A stretch of DNA of 63,952 nucleotides, filler included, from Pelomyxa schiedti (GCA_020536535.1; 9 parts of 9 records of this genome joined end to end with filler, not necessarily neighbours in it), one strand, 5' to 3'. Numbered from the whole stretch's first letter, positions 34,988-47,912 are shown. A program made the numbers and translations. Notes: generated by a model not told the origin, from the sequence alone.

Positions 34988-35227
34988 ATGCCAGGCTCTT
35001 CGTGCGTGACTGGGCTGGACGAGGATCTAGGCGTACGTTTATACTACCTTACGTTGTTGCTGTTTGTCATTTGTTCCACAATCAGCGGGTCTGGTCTTTC
35101 CTGTGGGGCACGCACCCGAGATTGGGGGCACTCAGTCCAGTGAACGTGCTAACGAGCCACATATGTTGCATCATCGCTGCAATGGTGAGCGCCCCAGTCG
35201 CTCTGACGCAAGCGGGCCAGGTATCCT

Positions 35228-35259
<32 letters not shown>

Positions 35260-36480
35260 CCCCCGCCCCCCCCCTTTGCTCTTGTTTCACCCGCTCTGGG
35301 TTACTATGGCACATACTAAGGGAAAAAAAGGCATTGGATGGATGTGATTGGTTGGAGGGCCGGCACTTGCTAAGGCAGTCTCTGGAACTGGACCCTCATT
35401 TCGGCCCGGCATTACTTTTCTTGCGCCATTTCCAGCGAGCCATGCCGAAACTTTTGTGGCCTTGGGAGGTGGGATTATGCTTCTCTTCTTATTGCAGCCA
35501 AGTGGCAAATACCGTCGCTAATTACAAAACAGCGCCAGTTGAAAAAGAAAGCAAAACTCTCGAGGAACAAGGATAAGGCAAAGGAGTATTTACTTCGTTT
35601 TGGGCACAGGAGCTCTTACCTCACTTGCATACATGGCTCATATTCCTATTTTGTAGAGGTACTCCAAATTCTTTATGCAACATCAGTAAATTGAAATTGT
35701 AATTGTCCCTAGTCTAATGTTGACTTGGCGCGTTCTTTCTGGGCCACAGCTTCAAAGCAAGGTTTCACCTCCAAGGGAGCAAGGTTTACGAACTTAATGT
35801 GAACCAAGGGAATTGTTGGGCTATGAACATCTACGGTGCTTGTATGAGTGAAGAGACCCTTCCTAATGAGTCAGAATCCTGGGCTGTGCAACTTCTTTCC
35901 CAAGCAGCAGAAAAAGGACATGCTGGTACTCTTTTTTTTAATATTCTATATGTGGTTGACGTAAATTGCAGCTGCGATTCATAACCTTGGGGTAGTTGCC
36001 TTCTTTCATGCTTTTCACTCAACGTTCAAAGTTGTGCTACTTGCAGGGTCAAGGAGTTGCTGAAAATAAACAACGCGCAATGCAACTGTTTAAAGACGCC
36101 GCGGAGAGGGGGTAAGCTTCCTAAATTTTAAATTGGAGATAAACAACATAAAGGCATGTCTCTGCCATGATTCAACTTGGTTGCTGTTATGAACGCGGTA
36201 AACCCTCCTCCCTTCTTCAACGGCTTTATTGTATTCACCTGCACTAAAATTTCCCAGGCTGGGGCGTAACACCTGATCCTGAATTGGCATTTCAATATTA
36301 CAAGAAGGGGGCGTCTACTAATGATAAAATTGCTATTTTCAATGTCGGGGTAAGCAACTTTCACTCGATCCCACTTTCTAAACAATCAAGATCTGCTTTG
36401 GCAGGGGGATAGGAAGGAAGCAAAATCGCGACAAAGCACTTAAGTGGCTTCAACGGGCAGCCAACTTACACTACAAGTAG
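34988..36480 (+). CDS. SEL1-repeat protein with N-terminal HPRLG motif
   Basis: RVWSFLWGTHPRLGALSPVNVL; SEL1 motifs AVQLLSQAAEKGH, AMQLFKDAAERG, ALKWLQRAA. Confidence 0.7.
35229..35274 (+). repeat. Intronic poly-C tract
   Basis: 46-nt C run with two G interruptions, just after a GT donor. Confidence 0.9.
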
Positions 36481-37328
36481 ATAACACACAAAATAAACTT
36501 CGAACTTAACAAATCGACAGAGAGGCAGAAAAGGCTCTTGCTGTGCTGGGACACAACTCCAACACAAATTAGCATTTCCTCTGTTTTTGTACACAACTCA
36601 CAAAAGAAAAGTGAAAATCTTTTTTCTTGTACACGCCATCCATATTTAGATTCCATTTCTCTGTATGTTCAATGCGCAACACAATCATCTCTTCAAACCA
36701 CCAGTTGTAGCAGTGGCTCTCAATGTTGTAGTTGATGTTGATGATGCATAAGCAGAGGTTGCTCTCAATGTTGTAGTAGAAGCCAGGCTGTTTTTAGNNN
36801 NNNNNNNNNNNNNNNNNNNNNNNNNNNNNNNNNNNNNNNNNTTAATTAATTAANNNNNNNNNNNNNNNNNNNNNNNNNNNNNNNNNNNNNNNNNNNNAAT
36901 TCATTGGCAGCACAATGAACCAGGACATGAGCCAGTTCAACACCAAATCCCTCCTTGATCACTTCCCTGTCCCCTTGTTTTCCACACATGGAGCACCAGC
37001 CAAGGAAGCCCCACCAAAGCCCAAGTGGAAGTCCCGGCTCCAATCATTCCCTTTTTCCTTGTTTTCATCATTGTCATCGAGCCCAACACAACAACCACCA
37101 GGAACAGCAGCAGCACCTGTGCAAGTTGCTGCAAATCCTCTTGGCGAGTTGATGCAGAGAGTGATGATTGAGATGATGAAGACAAGGCTGCCAGGATTTC
37201 AGCCTCCAGTGTGGTTTCATCATTTTGTAAATCTTCTTAGAATGATCACCCAGTAAGTGAGTCACTTTGCCATCCTCCAATGCCTCCTAATCAAAAAGAA
37301 CTGTGGCCTAGCAATTTCTGTTAAAGGG

Positions 37329-39648
37329 ATGACCACAACAAACACGCCCCGAGTTGTCTGGTTGTCCAAGATCGTCTGGGAGTGGGTGATGCCGTGGCTC
37401 GTCCCACAATCACCACCCACCGCGACGTCCATGTCTCGCGCGATGGACACCAAACACGCGGTGACGATGTTCGGGGTGGGGGAGGGCGTGTTCCCCCTCG
37501 TCGGCCTCGTGTCCTCGTCCCTCTTGCGCCACTACGCCTCCCACCACCTCGCAATCGACNNNNNNNNNNNNNNNNNNNNNNNNNNNNNNNNNNNNNNNNN
37601 NNNNNNNNNNNNNNNNNNNNNNNNNNNNNNNNNNNNNNNNNNNNNNNNNNNNNNNNNNNTGTTCGGGGTGGGGGAGGGCGTGTTCCCCCTCGTCGGCCTC
37701 GTGTCCTCGTCCCTCTTGCGCCACTACGCCTCCCACCACCTCGCAATCGACGCGGCCGCAGAGGCCGGCGCGACCTCGTGTGTCAACTGGCTCATCGCCA
37801 ACCGCCGCGCAGCGAAACAACAACAACAACAACGACGCGATGAGGGCGAGGCGGGGGAGTGCGAGGGAATTGTGGGACCTGGTAGTGTGTGGACCAGCAG
37901 GAACAAGGAGGTCATTTGGGTGCTTGGGGGATTGTGTTGCGGTGGACACCTCGAAATGGCACAGAGGCTGGTTGATGGAACGTGGCCTGGTGGTGGATTC
38001 ACGTGGAGCGAGAATCCCATCGTTATGGGTGGTGGCGGCGGCACTGATGAATGTGGAATCAGTGACCACGTGAGGGATGCAGGAATTCTGAAGAGGGTGT
38101 GCAAGAATGGGCACATGGATGTAGCGAGGTGGATTGTTGAGAGGTTCAACATCAGGGAGCCTTGGGAGGTTGTTGGTCCGTTTCGCGGCGCAGTTTCTAA
38201 AGGACACCTGGCGCTGGCTCAGTGGCTTTTCAACACCTTTCACTTGGGGGAATGTGTATTCAGAGACCAGGAGGTTTCGTGCAGTGTGCACTTAAAGGCG
38301 TACAGGAGTGAAAACTTGGAAGTGGTGAAGTGGTGCTTTGAGGCATTTCCCAGGGAGGAGCCAATTTACGGTCTCTTTTCGGACTACGGGACTGGCAAAA
38401 AGAGTAGCAGCGTTGATATTTGCAAATTCATCACTGAGCGCATGTCTGGTACTGGTAGTCTATTCAAAACTGTGCACAGGGTGGATGTTCTGAAGTGGGC
38501 AACGTCTTTCACCTCAGCAATCCCCACCAGCGTTGCCAGATTCTGCAAAGGCAAAGGTGGCCTCGAATTGGTCAGATATGCCGTTGAAGAGTACTCAATC
38601 AAGCCAACTCCAGATGACTTCATTGCAGCCTGTAAAACCAAATCCAAAGAAGGTGTTGCACTGGTGAGGTGGTTGTCCACGAAGGTGACACTCTCACCTT
38701 CGGACCTCGGCAATTCCCTCACCGTTGCATTGGCCAGAGACAACACAGCAATTGCCACGTGGCTGGATGAGACCTTCAACATCATGAAACGACTCAGCGC
38801 TTGGAACTCTGCACCGGGTGTGTTGCTGTTAAAGGTTTGTAAGGCAACCAAATATTATCATGAAAGAGTGAAGGGCGTGGAGTGGATCATGAGTTTCCCT
38901 GAAATGGGATGTGTTGAGGAGAGTTTGGTTGTGAGAGCTGTAAATAAGCTTGTCAACCGAGGTCTGTCAACAACCCCACTTCTTCTCATGGAGAAGTTCA
39001 CCATCAGCGAACCAACGAGGACAAATCTCCTGCTTGGAATCCTCAAGGAAAGCATTCAAAGTGATGGGATCACACAAGCCAAGAAGATCATTTCGATGGG
39101 CGATTTCACCAAAAGTTCTGTGGCACGGTGCCTTACAAATGCTGTTGGATTGAGATCTACAAAAGCAGTCAAGTGGCTGATCATGCACTTCCAACTTGAC
39201 CGTGGCCACATTACGACTTATAAAAACAAGATTCTGTTGAGGATGATGGAACAGGGAAAAGAGAGCTGTGCAGAGTGGCTCATCAAGAAGTTCCATGTTA
39301 CTCTGGAGGAGGTAAACTTGAATCCAAATTAACTTACAAACCCGGTAACACTTCTGATCTTTACATAAGGTGCTGGACCTCCCATTTAATCTAGATCCAG
39401 GCAACAAGTTTGACCTGTTCATGTGGGAGATGATAGTGAGGCAGTTTCGGGGCACAATCACAGGCACAAAGATCAAGCAGAGGCTCTTTCCAGTCATTCT
39501 CCACTCACCCTTCATTGCACTCTCAGCAATCCGGCTTTTCCCAGACCTGACAATGGATTACATCATTACTCTGTGCCAGTCCACTACCCCGTTCGATCTT
39601 ACCCTTGACACTCGTTGTTGGTTCCGGCACTGTTATAATCATCATTAA
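37329..39648 (+). CDS. Lineage-specific degenerate ankyrin-like repeat protein
   Basis: Long ORF with GHLEMAQRL, NGHMDVARWI, KGHLALAQWL, NLEVVKWC; one intron near 39312-39370; spans an assembly gap. Confidence 0.75.
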
Positions 39649-39774
39649 ACTGTTCATTTTTCCCTTATATTTTTCAAGATTGTTGTTACTCACCAGTGAA
39701 CGAATAAAAAAAAAAAATCCAAAACGGTGGCGAAAAAGAAGGGTAGTTCTTTTGAAAAAAATACCAAAAAAAGG

Positions 39775-42415
39775 TCAGCTGTGAGCTCCCCAGGAGGGTC
39801 TCATCTGTACGCTGTTTTGATTGTGAATGATCACAGCAGGATACAAGCCCCTTGGGACGTTGTTCACCGTCGCCGTTGCGTTGTCGTGCAGCGGCCACGT
39901 CGCGGTGAGCGCGAGTGTGCGCGCATCGTACCTCAGCGTCACCTCCTCTGTCCCGCCGGTGGCCCCCGCGGTCCTCGTGTTCCTCGGGAGGTTCCACTGG
40001 TGCCCGGTCGTCGACCACCCGTACATCGACTCATAGGGGCTGTTGCAGCCGTGGTCCACGGGCTTCGGGATGAGTCCGTAGCCGACCCAGTAGGAGCCGT
40101 AGTCCTTGAGGTCGGAGATCGACAGGTGCCACTCATAGAGGCGGTCCCCGTTGAGCTGCGTGGTGGCGGTCGCGGTCGAGTTTTGGAATGTGATGCTGTG
40201 GCCTGGTGGCTTGTGCACTATGGACTTGTCGTCCGGCGAAATCGCGAGGAGTCGCCCGCAGTCCCATTCCATTGGCACCAGGTCTGTTTTAAGGTGTTTT
40301 AGGTGCGGAGGGTTTGACTTGGGAAAATGCACGCACCAAATGAAACAGTGGAGGTTGTGGATTGGCCAGCCACCGCGAGCGTAACTGCCGCTTCATTCAG
40401 GCCGTAAAACGCCGGAACAGAGCACGATATCTCAGTGTGTGGATTGGTCACTTCGACGTTGCTGCAAATCACACCTGATATATAAACACCGGTTGTTAGC
40501 GATCGCAGACAATTGATTTGGGGATACAAACCATTTACCGAAACGGTTATCGCAGTTGGTAAGGCACCAAACCGGTGCCCCCGGATAGTCATCTTCCCTC
40601 CACATTGGCACAGTTTGGAGACATTATGAATCTCCGGTCCTGCGTTGTTTTTAATTGACAGGATACGCGGTTGGCATACACGTACCCTTGCAAGAAAACC
40701 TTGTGTCATTTGGTCTGTCGGCAACTTGTCCAAACACAGAGAGTGACACCGGAAGGTCACGGCCAATACAATTTTCTGGCACAGTGAATGTAAGAACAGA
40801 GCCAGGAGTGAAAATGTTCACGTTTGTGCACTCTGATTCACCAACTCGCACACAAATATCTCGCTTTGTTGCCGCTACTTGCCATCTTCCGCACAGTGTC
40901 ACTTTGAAAGCTCCTCCGCCGGTGTTGGAATGTGGTGTTTCTTCCTCCTCCTTGATATGAGATAAAATCGGCCCTGTGAATGGGATCAGTGTGGACAAGA
41001 AGAGGGATGATAGGTGCTCGTACCTAGAGAAATTAAGCCCATCTGTGGAATCTTAGCCTTGAGGGGCTCAATGTCATCCAAGTACAGATTCGAGAATGCG
41101 TTTGCACAGGGTGAGAGGTGTTCCGGTTTGCATTCAAGTTGCTGCGTGGTGGATATGTATTAGGGTTGTGGGTGGAAGGCAAGTAAACCTTGTGGAGTCC
41201 AGGAATTGACTCACACAATCCAAGGACTTTCACTGGGTCAAAAGTTTTCAAGATGGATTCGCACTTTGATGTATACTTCTCAACGTGCTCAATACAGGCA
41301 GCGATTCTTTCCTGCTGCTTTGATAATGAAACCACTGCGCAGGGGGTTTAAAAAAACAAGAGAGTAAACCGACTGGCCAAACCCTTTGAGGATGCAATTT
41401 CTCTTGACTGTGAGAGTAATTCTTCTTGCCTCTTTTGCAATCGTGAAATCAGCTCAGCGAATTCTTTACAAATCCTGGTCTCAATCTCGGAATGGACCTT
41501 GGTTTTTTCCAGTGGAGTGTTGGAATTGAAAAATATAGGAAATGGGAAAAGTACCTGCTTGATGTTTGAGCTCTCAAGCTCTATTGCTTTGACAGAGGAA
41601 CACAAATCGGTGTGCAAATTGGATAATTGCAAAAGAAAGGTATCAACAACGGGTTTTTTCTTGCTGTGCAAATCTTCCGCGGTTATAAGGCGGTGCCCCT
41701 TTTGCAAAGAAAAGGGTTTATTCCTTGATAAATTGAGAGGGTGCTGACGCATGCAGGCAAACCTTGTGGCAAGCTGCATCCGAGCACATCTGACAAATGA
41801 CCGTCTGATCCGTTTCGCAGAACAAGTCAAGCTTAAGTCCATGCTCTGCACAGCACGTACTATTTCCTATTTGTTTTTTTGCTCAATCAGTTGAAAGAGG
41901 AAAAGGAAAAAACTAACAGCAATAAGGAAAGTGATACCATCCGTCACATTCCGAGCGATAGTGGAGCTCAGAGGATCAGGACCATTAGTAGTCATCGACA
42001 GTGATTCCAACCTGGATTCCCTGGAACACCCGCACGCGCGGCACCACACATCAACAACATCAACTCCCCGACACCCGAAACTTGTTGTTTCCCGCGCTGC
42101 TTGGCACAGCGGCCGAGCACACGAGCCCGAGAACGCGGAAGACGACGACGGCGATGATGGGATGCCCACGAGGGAGAAAGTGGCGATGGCCCCGCTGCAG
42201 TCCCCACACACGCGGTGCCCGCACGTCGGCGCCACCACCACTACCGAGGGGTGGGTGCTGGCGGCCACCCCCGCGGGTTCCCCTGCCTCCGCGGCGTCCG
42301 CGACGCGAACATTCCCATTGGGCACCCTCACTGGTGGTGCCAAAGATTCCTCCTCGCCGCACACGCAGCAGCAACGGCACTCGCCCGGAGGTCGCGGTTG
42401 CGTCGTGGTTGCCGT
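39775..42415 (-). CDS. TRIM-like protein A: RING - B-box - coiled coil - 2x IPT/TIG - SPRY-like (no ATG, ACG at 42415)
   Basis: CCVC...CGHRVCGDC...WCRAC; CAEH...LFCETDQTVICQMC...HKGH; TLCGRW, TIRGHRFG; YEWHLSI...GLYPAV. Confidence 0.75.
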
Positions 42416-42594
42416 TGTTGGTGCACTCTCTCTGAATTATGCGTCAACGTGCTCACAGTACGATTTATTGCGAAACAAGGGCCGTTGTTGTTTCGTGATG
42501 AAACTTTAACGAAGCTGGAAAAAAAAGTGAACAACAGCAAAAAGTGTTTGAAGAAGCTCAACTACAGGGAGGTCAATTGTATTTGAACTCTTGG

Positions 42595-45537
42595 TCAATG
42601 GGTTCCAGGTGTGGTTGTTATCTTTACAGAGTTGCAGTTATGCAGGTTGACAGCGGGATACAGGCCACTTGGCACGTTCCTCACTGTTGCTGCGTCGTGA
42701 TGGAGCGGCCACGTTGCAGTGAGAGTGAGTGTTCGCGGGTCATACCTCAGTGTCACTTCCTCACTGCCGCCTGTGGCCTGGAACGCGGGCGTGCCATGAG
42801 GTAGTCTCATCCGCGTGCCGTCCGTTGCCCAGCCGTAGATGTCCCTGTGCTGTAGCTCGCTGTTGTCAAGCGGCCTCGGCATCACACCATATACTACAAG
42901 CTTGTCGCCGCGAGATGCCACTAGGTCGGTGATGGACAGGTGCCACTCATAAACGCGGTCGCCGGCGAGCTGCGTGGTTGCTATCGCCGTTGATTGCCCG
43001 TGCACGTTGACCCGGCTCTTGTGGACTGTGGACTTGTCAGTGTTCGTGATGCTGAGGAGTCTCCCGCAGCACCCTGTGTCCCACTCCCAAATGTCCTCTT
43101 TTGTATTTTGCCGGTGTTAGGTGTTTGGATTACAGGAGAGTTGAAACACACACCAAAATACAAAGTGGAAGAAACACGCTGACCGGCAACCGCCAGAGTC
43201 AATGTGTGAATTGACGGTTCATCAGCCTGCAATTGTGGGGGAACTTTGCAGGTGATCTCAGTGTTTGGGCGCTTTACTTCCATGTTCCGGCACAGCACAC
43301 CTGTGTTTTGTGATAATCGAAAAAAATGAGCTCATCACACCATTCACTGAAGCAGTGATTGCTGTTGGCGAGGTACCAAACCTTTGTCCAGTTATTGTTA
43401 TCATCCTTCTGGCACAGGTAACCTTGGTTACATTTGTTATCTTTGGTCCTGTGCGAATGTGATCGGAGATTCAGTGAGTAAAGCGCGGAAAACCTGGGAA
43501 TGAGAACCGCGGATCATTTGGACTGTCAGATGGCGTGCCAAACACAGAGAGAGACACAGGGAGGTCGCACCCAACGCCATCTTCCGGCACAGTGAATGAA
43601 AGAATAGATCCCGGAGCGACAATGTGCAGGTTTGTGCACACGAATTCGCCGACTCGCACTCGAATGTCTTCGTTCTTTGCTGTTGGCCCCCACTGCCCCC
43701 ACAGTGTCACTGTATTTGGCCCTGAGGTAAAGCATTCAACCACTGGTCCTGATGCCGTTTGTTAGTTTTTTTCTGGAATTAGACAATGGTGAGAGGGGTA
43801 CTGGAAGAAATGAAGCATAGGAGAGGAATCTTTTCCTTAAAGGCAGCAGTGTCATCGATGTACGTCCAAGTGCTCGTTGTACAAGGTGACAGGCATTCCG
43901 GTTTGAGTTCAAGTTGCTGTTGTGCCTGATGTTAAACATGGTGGAGTGAAGAACGAAAGAAGGAACCTTGAGGATTCCAGGGATCGACCCAAACAGCTCA
44001 ATGATCTTCGATTCGTCACCACTTTTCAATATTGCCAAGCACTTTGACTGGTATTTCTCAATGTGCTCAAGTCCGGCTGAAATAATTTCCAGTTGTCTTG
44101 ACAATGCACAAACTGTGTGACATGAAAAACCAGAATTACCAATTATGCACTCAAAAACCTTTGGAGGATGCAATTTCCATGGAGGTTGAAATTAATTTGT
44201 CTTGTCTCCTGTGCAATCTTGACATCACGTCAGAGAACTCTTTTTGAACATTTTCCTCAAGTTTCTTCTGATCCTATTTAAGGTTTATTTTTATCTTTAT
44301 TTAAAAGGCAAAGCACCTGAGTTATCTTGACAGCCTCAGATTTGATGGACACAGCCAACAAATTCAAATCAGTGGCCACTTTCGACAGTTGCCCGAAAAA
44401 GGCCTTCAGGCTTGGATGATTTCCGAGAGTCATGTCTTGCACCGGAACGGCATCGTGTCCCTGTAGGTGTCAAACAAATAAATTGACTGTTTCAAGGCCG
44501 GCAACCTTGTGGGATGAATAGATAACGCATCTTGTGCAAATGAAAGTGTTGTCTGTCTGACAGAACACATCAAGTGGAAGCTGGTGATTTTCACACATCT
44601 TCACGCCTGTTTTTAGGGTCACTTCGTTATAACCGAGGTGAGATATGTAAAATATTTTCCTGTATCACATAAAACAGTATTTACAAATCGGACCAAATTA
44701 ATCGCCAACAAAAGAGGAAGAATTACTGGATGTGAAATCAGTAGTTGCTGCCGCTGCAGTAGACACAGGACCGGACTTGACATGGGACATCATCCACGGT
44801 GACCAGTGGGCTCGAGACCAGCATGACTCACAAAACACCATCACAGTCTTGCCGAAAGGTGATGCCTTTGTGCACTCCTCGCACACGTACTTTGCTGCAA
44901 CTCCTGTGTTCCCAGCTGCCTGGCACATCACGCACATCACAATGGCAGCGGCAGGAGCAGCAGAAGCGCCCTTCCTCCTCCTCCTCTTTGGATTTGTTGG
45001 CGTGACAGTGTTGATATCTGGTGACTCTTCTTCCCCTTCCCTTTCCACTCCCACGTCCTTCTTTCCAGAGGCTTCGGCATCCGCAGGTATGGTACTTTGG
45101 TCCCATGATTGCAACTCGCGGGTGTGGGCCTGGGCCTGGTGTTGTTGCACTGTTGCCTCCCTCGTGCACCCGCACGCTGGGCACCAAAACTCGATCTTCT
45201 TCTTGTCGGCAGCCGCCGATGATGAATCACAAGGAGCCCCGCCCGACGACGACGACGAGGCGCTGGGGAGATCCGCCGCGAAGGTCACGATGGCCTCGCC
45301 ACACCCGCGGCACAGCGGGTGCCCGCACGACGCCACCAGCCACGACCGCGGGAGGGCCGGCGAGGGAGGAGGAGGAGGAGGCGGCGGACGAGAGGAGGAT
45401 GGAGGGGAGGCGGCGCACGGGGTGTCAAGGGGAGGAGGAGCGGCAGGGAGGGTAGTGGTGATACATAAGCACACGGAGCAACGAGGCGGGGGCGTAGGCG
45501 TATTCACAGAGTGGGGCGTGCCGGCCGAAGTACGCAT
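42595..45537 (-). CDS. TRIM-like protein B: RING - B-box1 - B-box2 - coiled coil - 2x IPT/TIG - SPRY-like
   Basis: CSVC...CGHPLCRGC...WCPAC; CVMC...CEEC...FCESC..H...H; CENH...VFCQTD; two TIG repeats; SPRY strands. The junctions checked splice in frame. Confidence 0.8.
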
Positions 45538-45700
45538 GCACGAGATATGTGGCACACAACTCCCCCCTTTGCTTTTGTTGTTGTTGTTGTTGTTGTTGTT
45601 GTTATTTGAACGGTTCGTGAGACGAATAAATAAAAGCCGGTGTGGTCACATCATCGTGGTCACAACATCTTCCGGTAACTAATCTTTTTGATTTAATTTT

Positions 45701-47713
45701 TCAGGAGATCCTCACAGTGTTGTGGTTGTTGATGTTGACAGCGGGATACAAGCCCCTTGGGATGTTGTTCACCGTTGCCGTTGCGTTGTCGTGTAGCGGC
45801 CACGTCGCGGTGAGTGCGAGTCTGTCTGCGTCATACCTCAGTGTCACCTCCTCTGTCCCACCAGTGGCCTTGAATGCAGGTGTGCCTGGGGTCAGATTGC
45901 AGGACTGGCTGGCCGTTGACCAGCAGTACATGAAGTTGCGGGGGGACACATGGTTCTGGTCGAACGGCTTCTGAATGAGTCCGTAGGCAACACAGGAGCA
46001 TGCTCCCTCGAGGTCAGAGATTGACAGGTGCCACTCATACACGCGGTCACCAACAAGCTGTGTGGTGGCTACCGCTGTTGAGCTGTCAGCTGGTTTTCCA
46101 AACACAAAGAGTGACACAGGTTGATCGCGGCCAACACCATTGTTTGGCACAGTGAAAGTGAGAACAGAGCCAGGAGTGACAATGTTCACGTTTTTGCACA
46201 CTGATTCACAAACTCGCACGCAAATGTCTTCCTTGGTTGCAGTTGGGAGCCACTGCCCACACAGTGTAATAACAGCGCGCTTGGTCCAAGGTGTTTGTGG
46301 TGCTTCCTCTTTGATGCTTTCGAGAACTGGTCCTATGGATTGTCAAAAATTCTTGGAAGAATCAGGCACACACCAGATGAAATGAAACACAGGTGAGGAA
46401 TGTTTTCCTTGAAGGACTCCAAATCACTTGTGCGAGTCCAGGTCCTATTTGTGCAAGGTGACAAGTGTTCTGGGTTGCATTCAAGTTGCTGTGTGTAAAT
46501 GTAAATGTAAACACTGTGAGTGAAGAGGCAAAGAAATAACCTTGAGTACTCCAGGAATGGCCTCACACAATCAAATATCTGCTGCCCCCGACAATTTTCC
46601 AATGTTGTGATGCACCTCGATTTGTACTTGTCAATGTGACCTCGTGCAGCAGAAACGATTTCCAGTTGTTTTGACAATGCAGCAGCTAGTGAAGATCAAA
46701 AAATGAAGACGATACACTAAAAAACCTTTGGAGGATGCAATTGCCTCTGCGGTTGAAAGTAATTCATTTAGCCTTCTTTGTAATTGTGCAATGAGGTCAC
46801 TGAATCCCTTCTTAATAGTTTCTTCAAACTGAGGTTTTATTTAGATCTAATCTTTGTTGGGGTGGGAACGCGACCATCTTCTTCTTGTCTGCCTCTGATT
46901 TGATGTCTATCGACAAAGAATCCAACCTGCCCTCCAATATTGACAGCTGATTTAAAAACTCCTTTGGGGTTGGCCTACTATTGTAAGACATGTCCTCCAG
47001 TGATACGGCATTGTGACCCTTTTGCAAGTCAGAGAAATAGATTAATAAGTGTACAACAACTACCTTGTGGGAGGAAAATACAATACACCTCGAGCAGATG
47101 AACGTGCCATCTGTTTGACAGAACACATCAAGGGGAAGATGGTGACTTTCACAGAGTTCCGCACCTATTTTTTGTTTGATGAGGTTCTTACGAAAGTGTT
47201 ACGGTAAATAGTGGGAATAGATTGATGGTACAAGAGTTACCAGAGACCACAACAGGCGCCGCAGCAGAAGCCGAGGCCGTAGGAGAAGCAGAAGCGGGAC
47301 CAACTTTCCTCCTCTTTGAATTGCCTGGTGCAAATGCATCCGTGTTGTTCTGTTGCACCAAATTTGTCCGTCAGCCTCCAACACTCCGGGCACCAAAACA
47401 AAATCCTCCTTCTCGTTGTTTCCTCCGGCGCCGACGAAGAAGAAGAAGAATATGTCGAGGTAGAGCAGGGGTACGACGACGAGGATGAGGAAGCAGTAGT
47501 GGCACAACGCCTTCGGCGGAGGTCCCTTTCAAAAGTAATTATGGCATCACTGCAGGCACGGCACACAGTGTGCCCACACAGCGGCTCCACGACGAAGCAC
47601 ACGGTCGGCGACGACGGCTGGCGTGCTTCGTCGATTGGACCGAGGCACACAGAGCAATGACGATGTGGTCGTGGACTTGGTTTGACTGTCGGTGTAGATG
47701 TCAACTCTGCCAT
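45701..47713 (-). pseudogene. TRIM-like paralogue C, probable pseudogene
   Basis: Frameshifts near 47345 and 46570, and a deletion fusing IPT1 to mid-SPRY (FGKPADS|STAVATTQL). Confidence 0.7.
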
Positions 47714-47807
47714 GTTGCTTTATTTTTCTATTTCAACCGGATGACTCGCAGGCCGCGGTCATTGTTGCCATCAAAACGAAAGAGCCCTTATGATTTCTGT
47801 TAACGGG

Positions 47808-47912
47808 ATGCTGATACAACGAAACAGACACACGCAACGAGTTGTGTGGTTGTCCAAGATCGTTTGGGAATGGGTGATGCCGTGGCTCGTATACACAATC
47901 ACCACCGACTGA
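47808..47912 (+). pseudogene. 5' remnant of a paralogue of the 37329 gene
   Basis: TTTCTGTTAA.GGGATG context and RVVWLSKIVWEWVMPWLV, followed by an early stop. Confidence 0.75.

Noticed and set aside
10507-36480. Apparent frameshifts suggesting recoding or non-canonical introns
   Set aside because: The cases checked resolve with short GT-AG introns and the standard code; the exception is the 27355 insertion.
37468-37751. 92-bp direct repeat in the ankyrin-like gene
   Set aside because: An exact overlap on both sides of a 100-N gap; unmerged contig ends.
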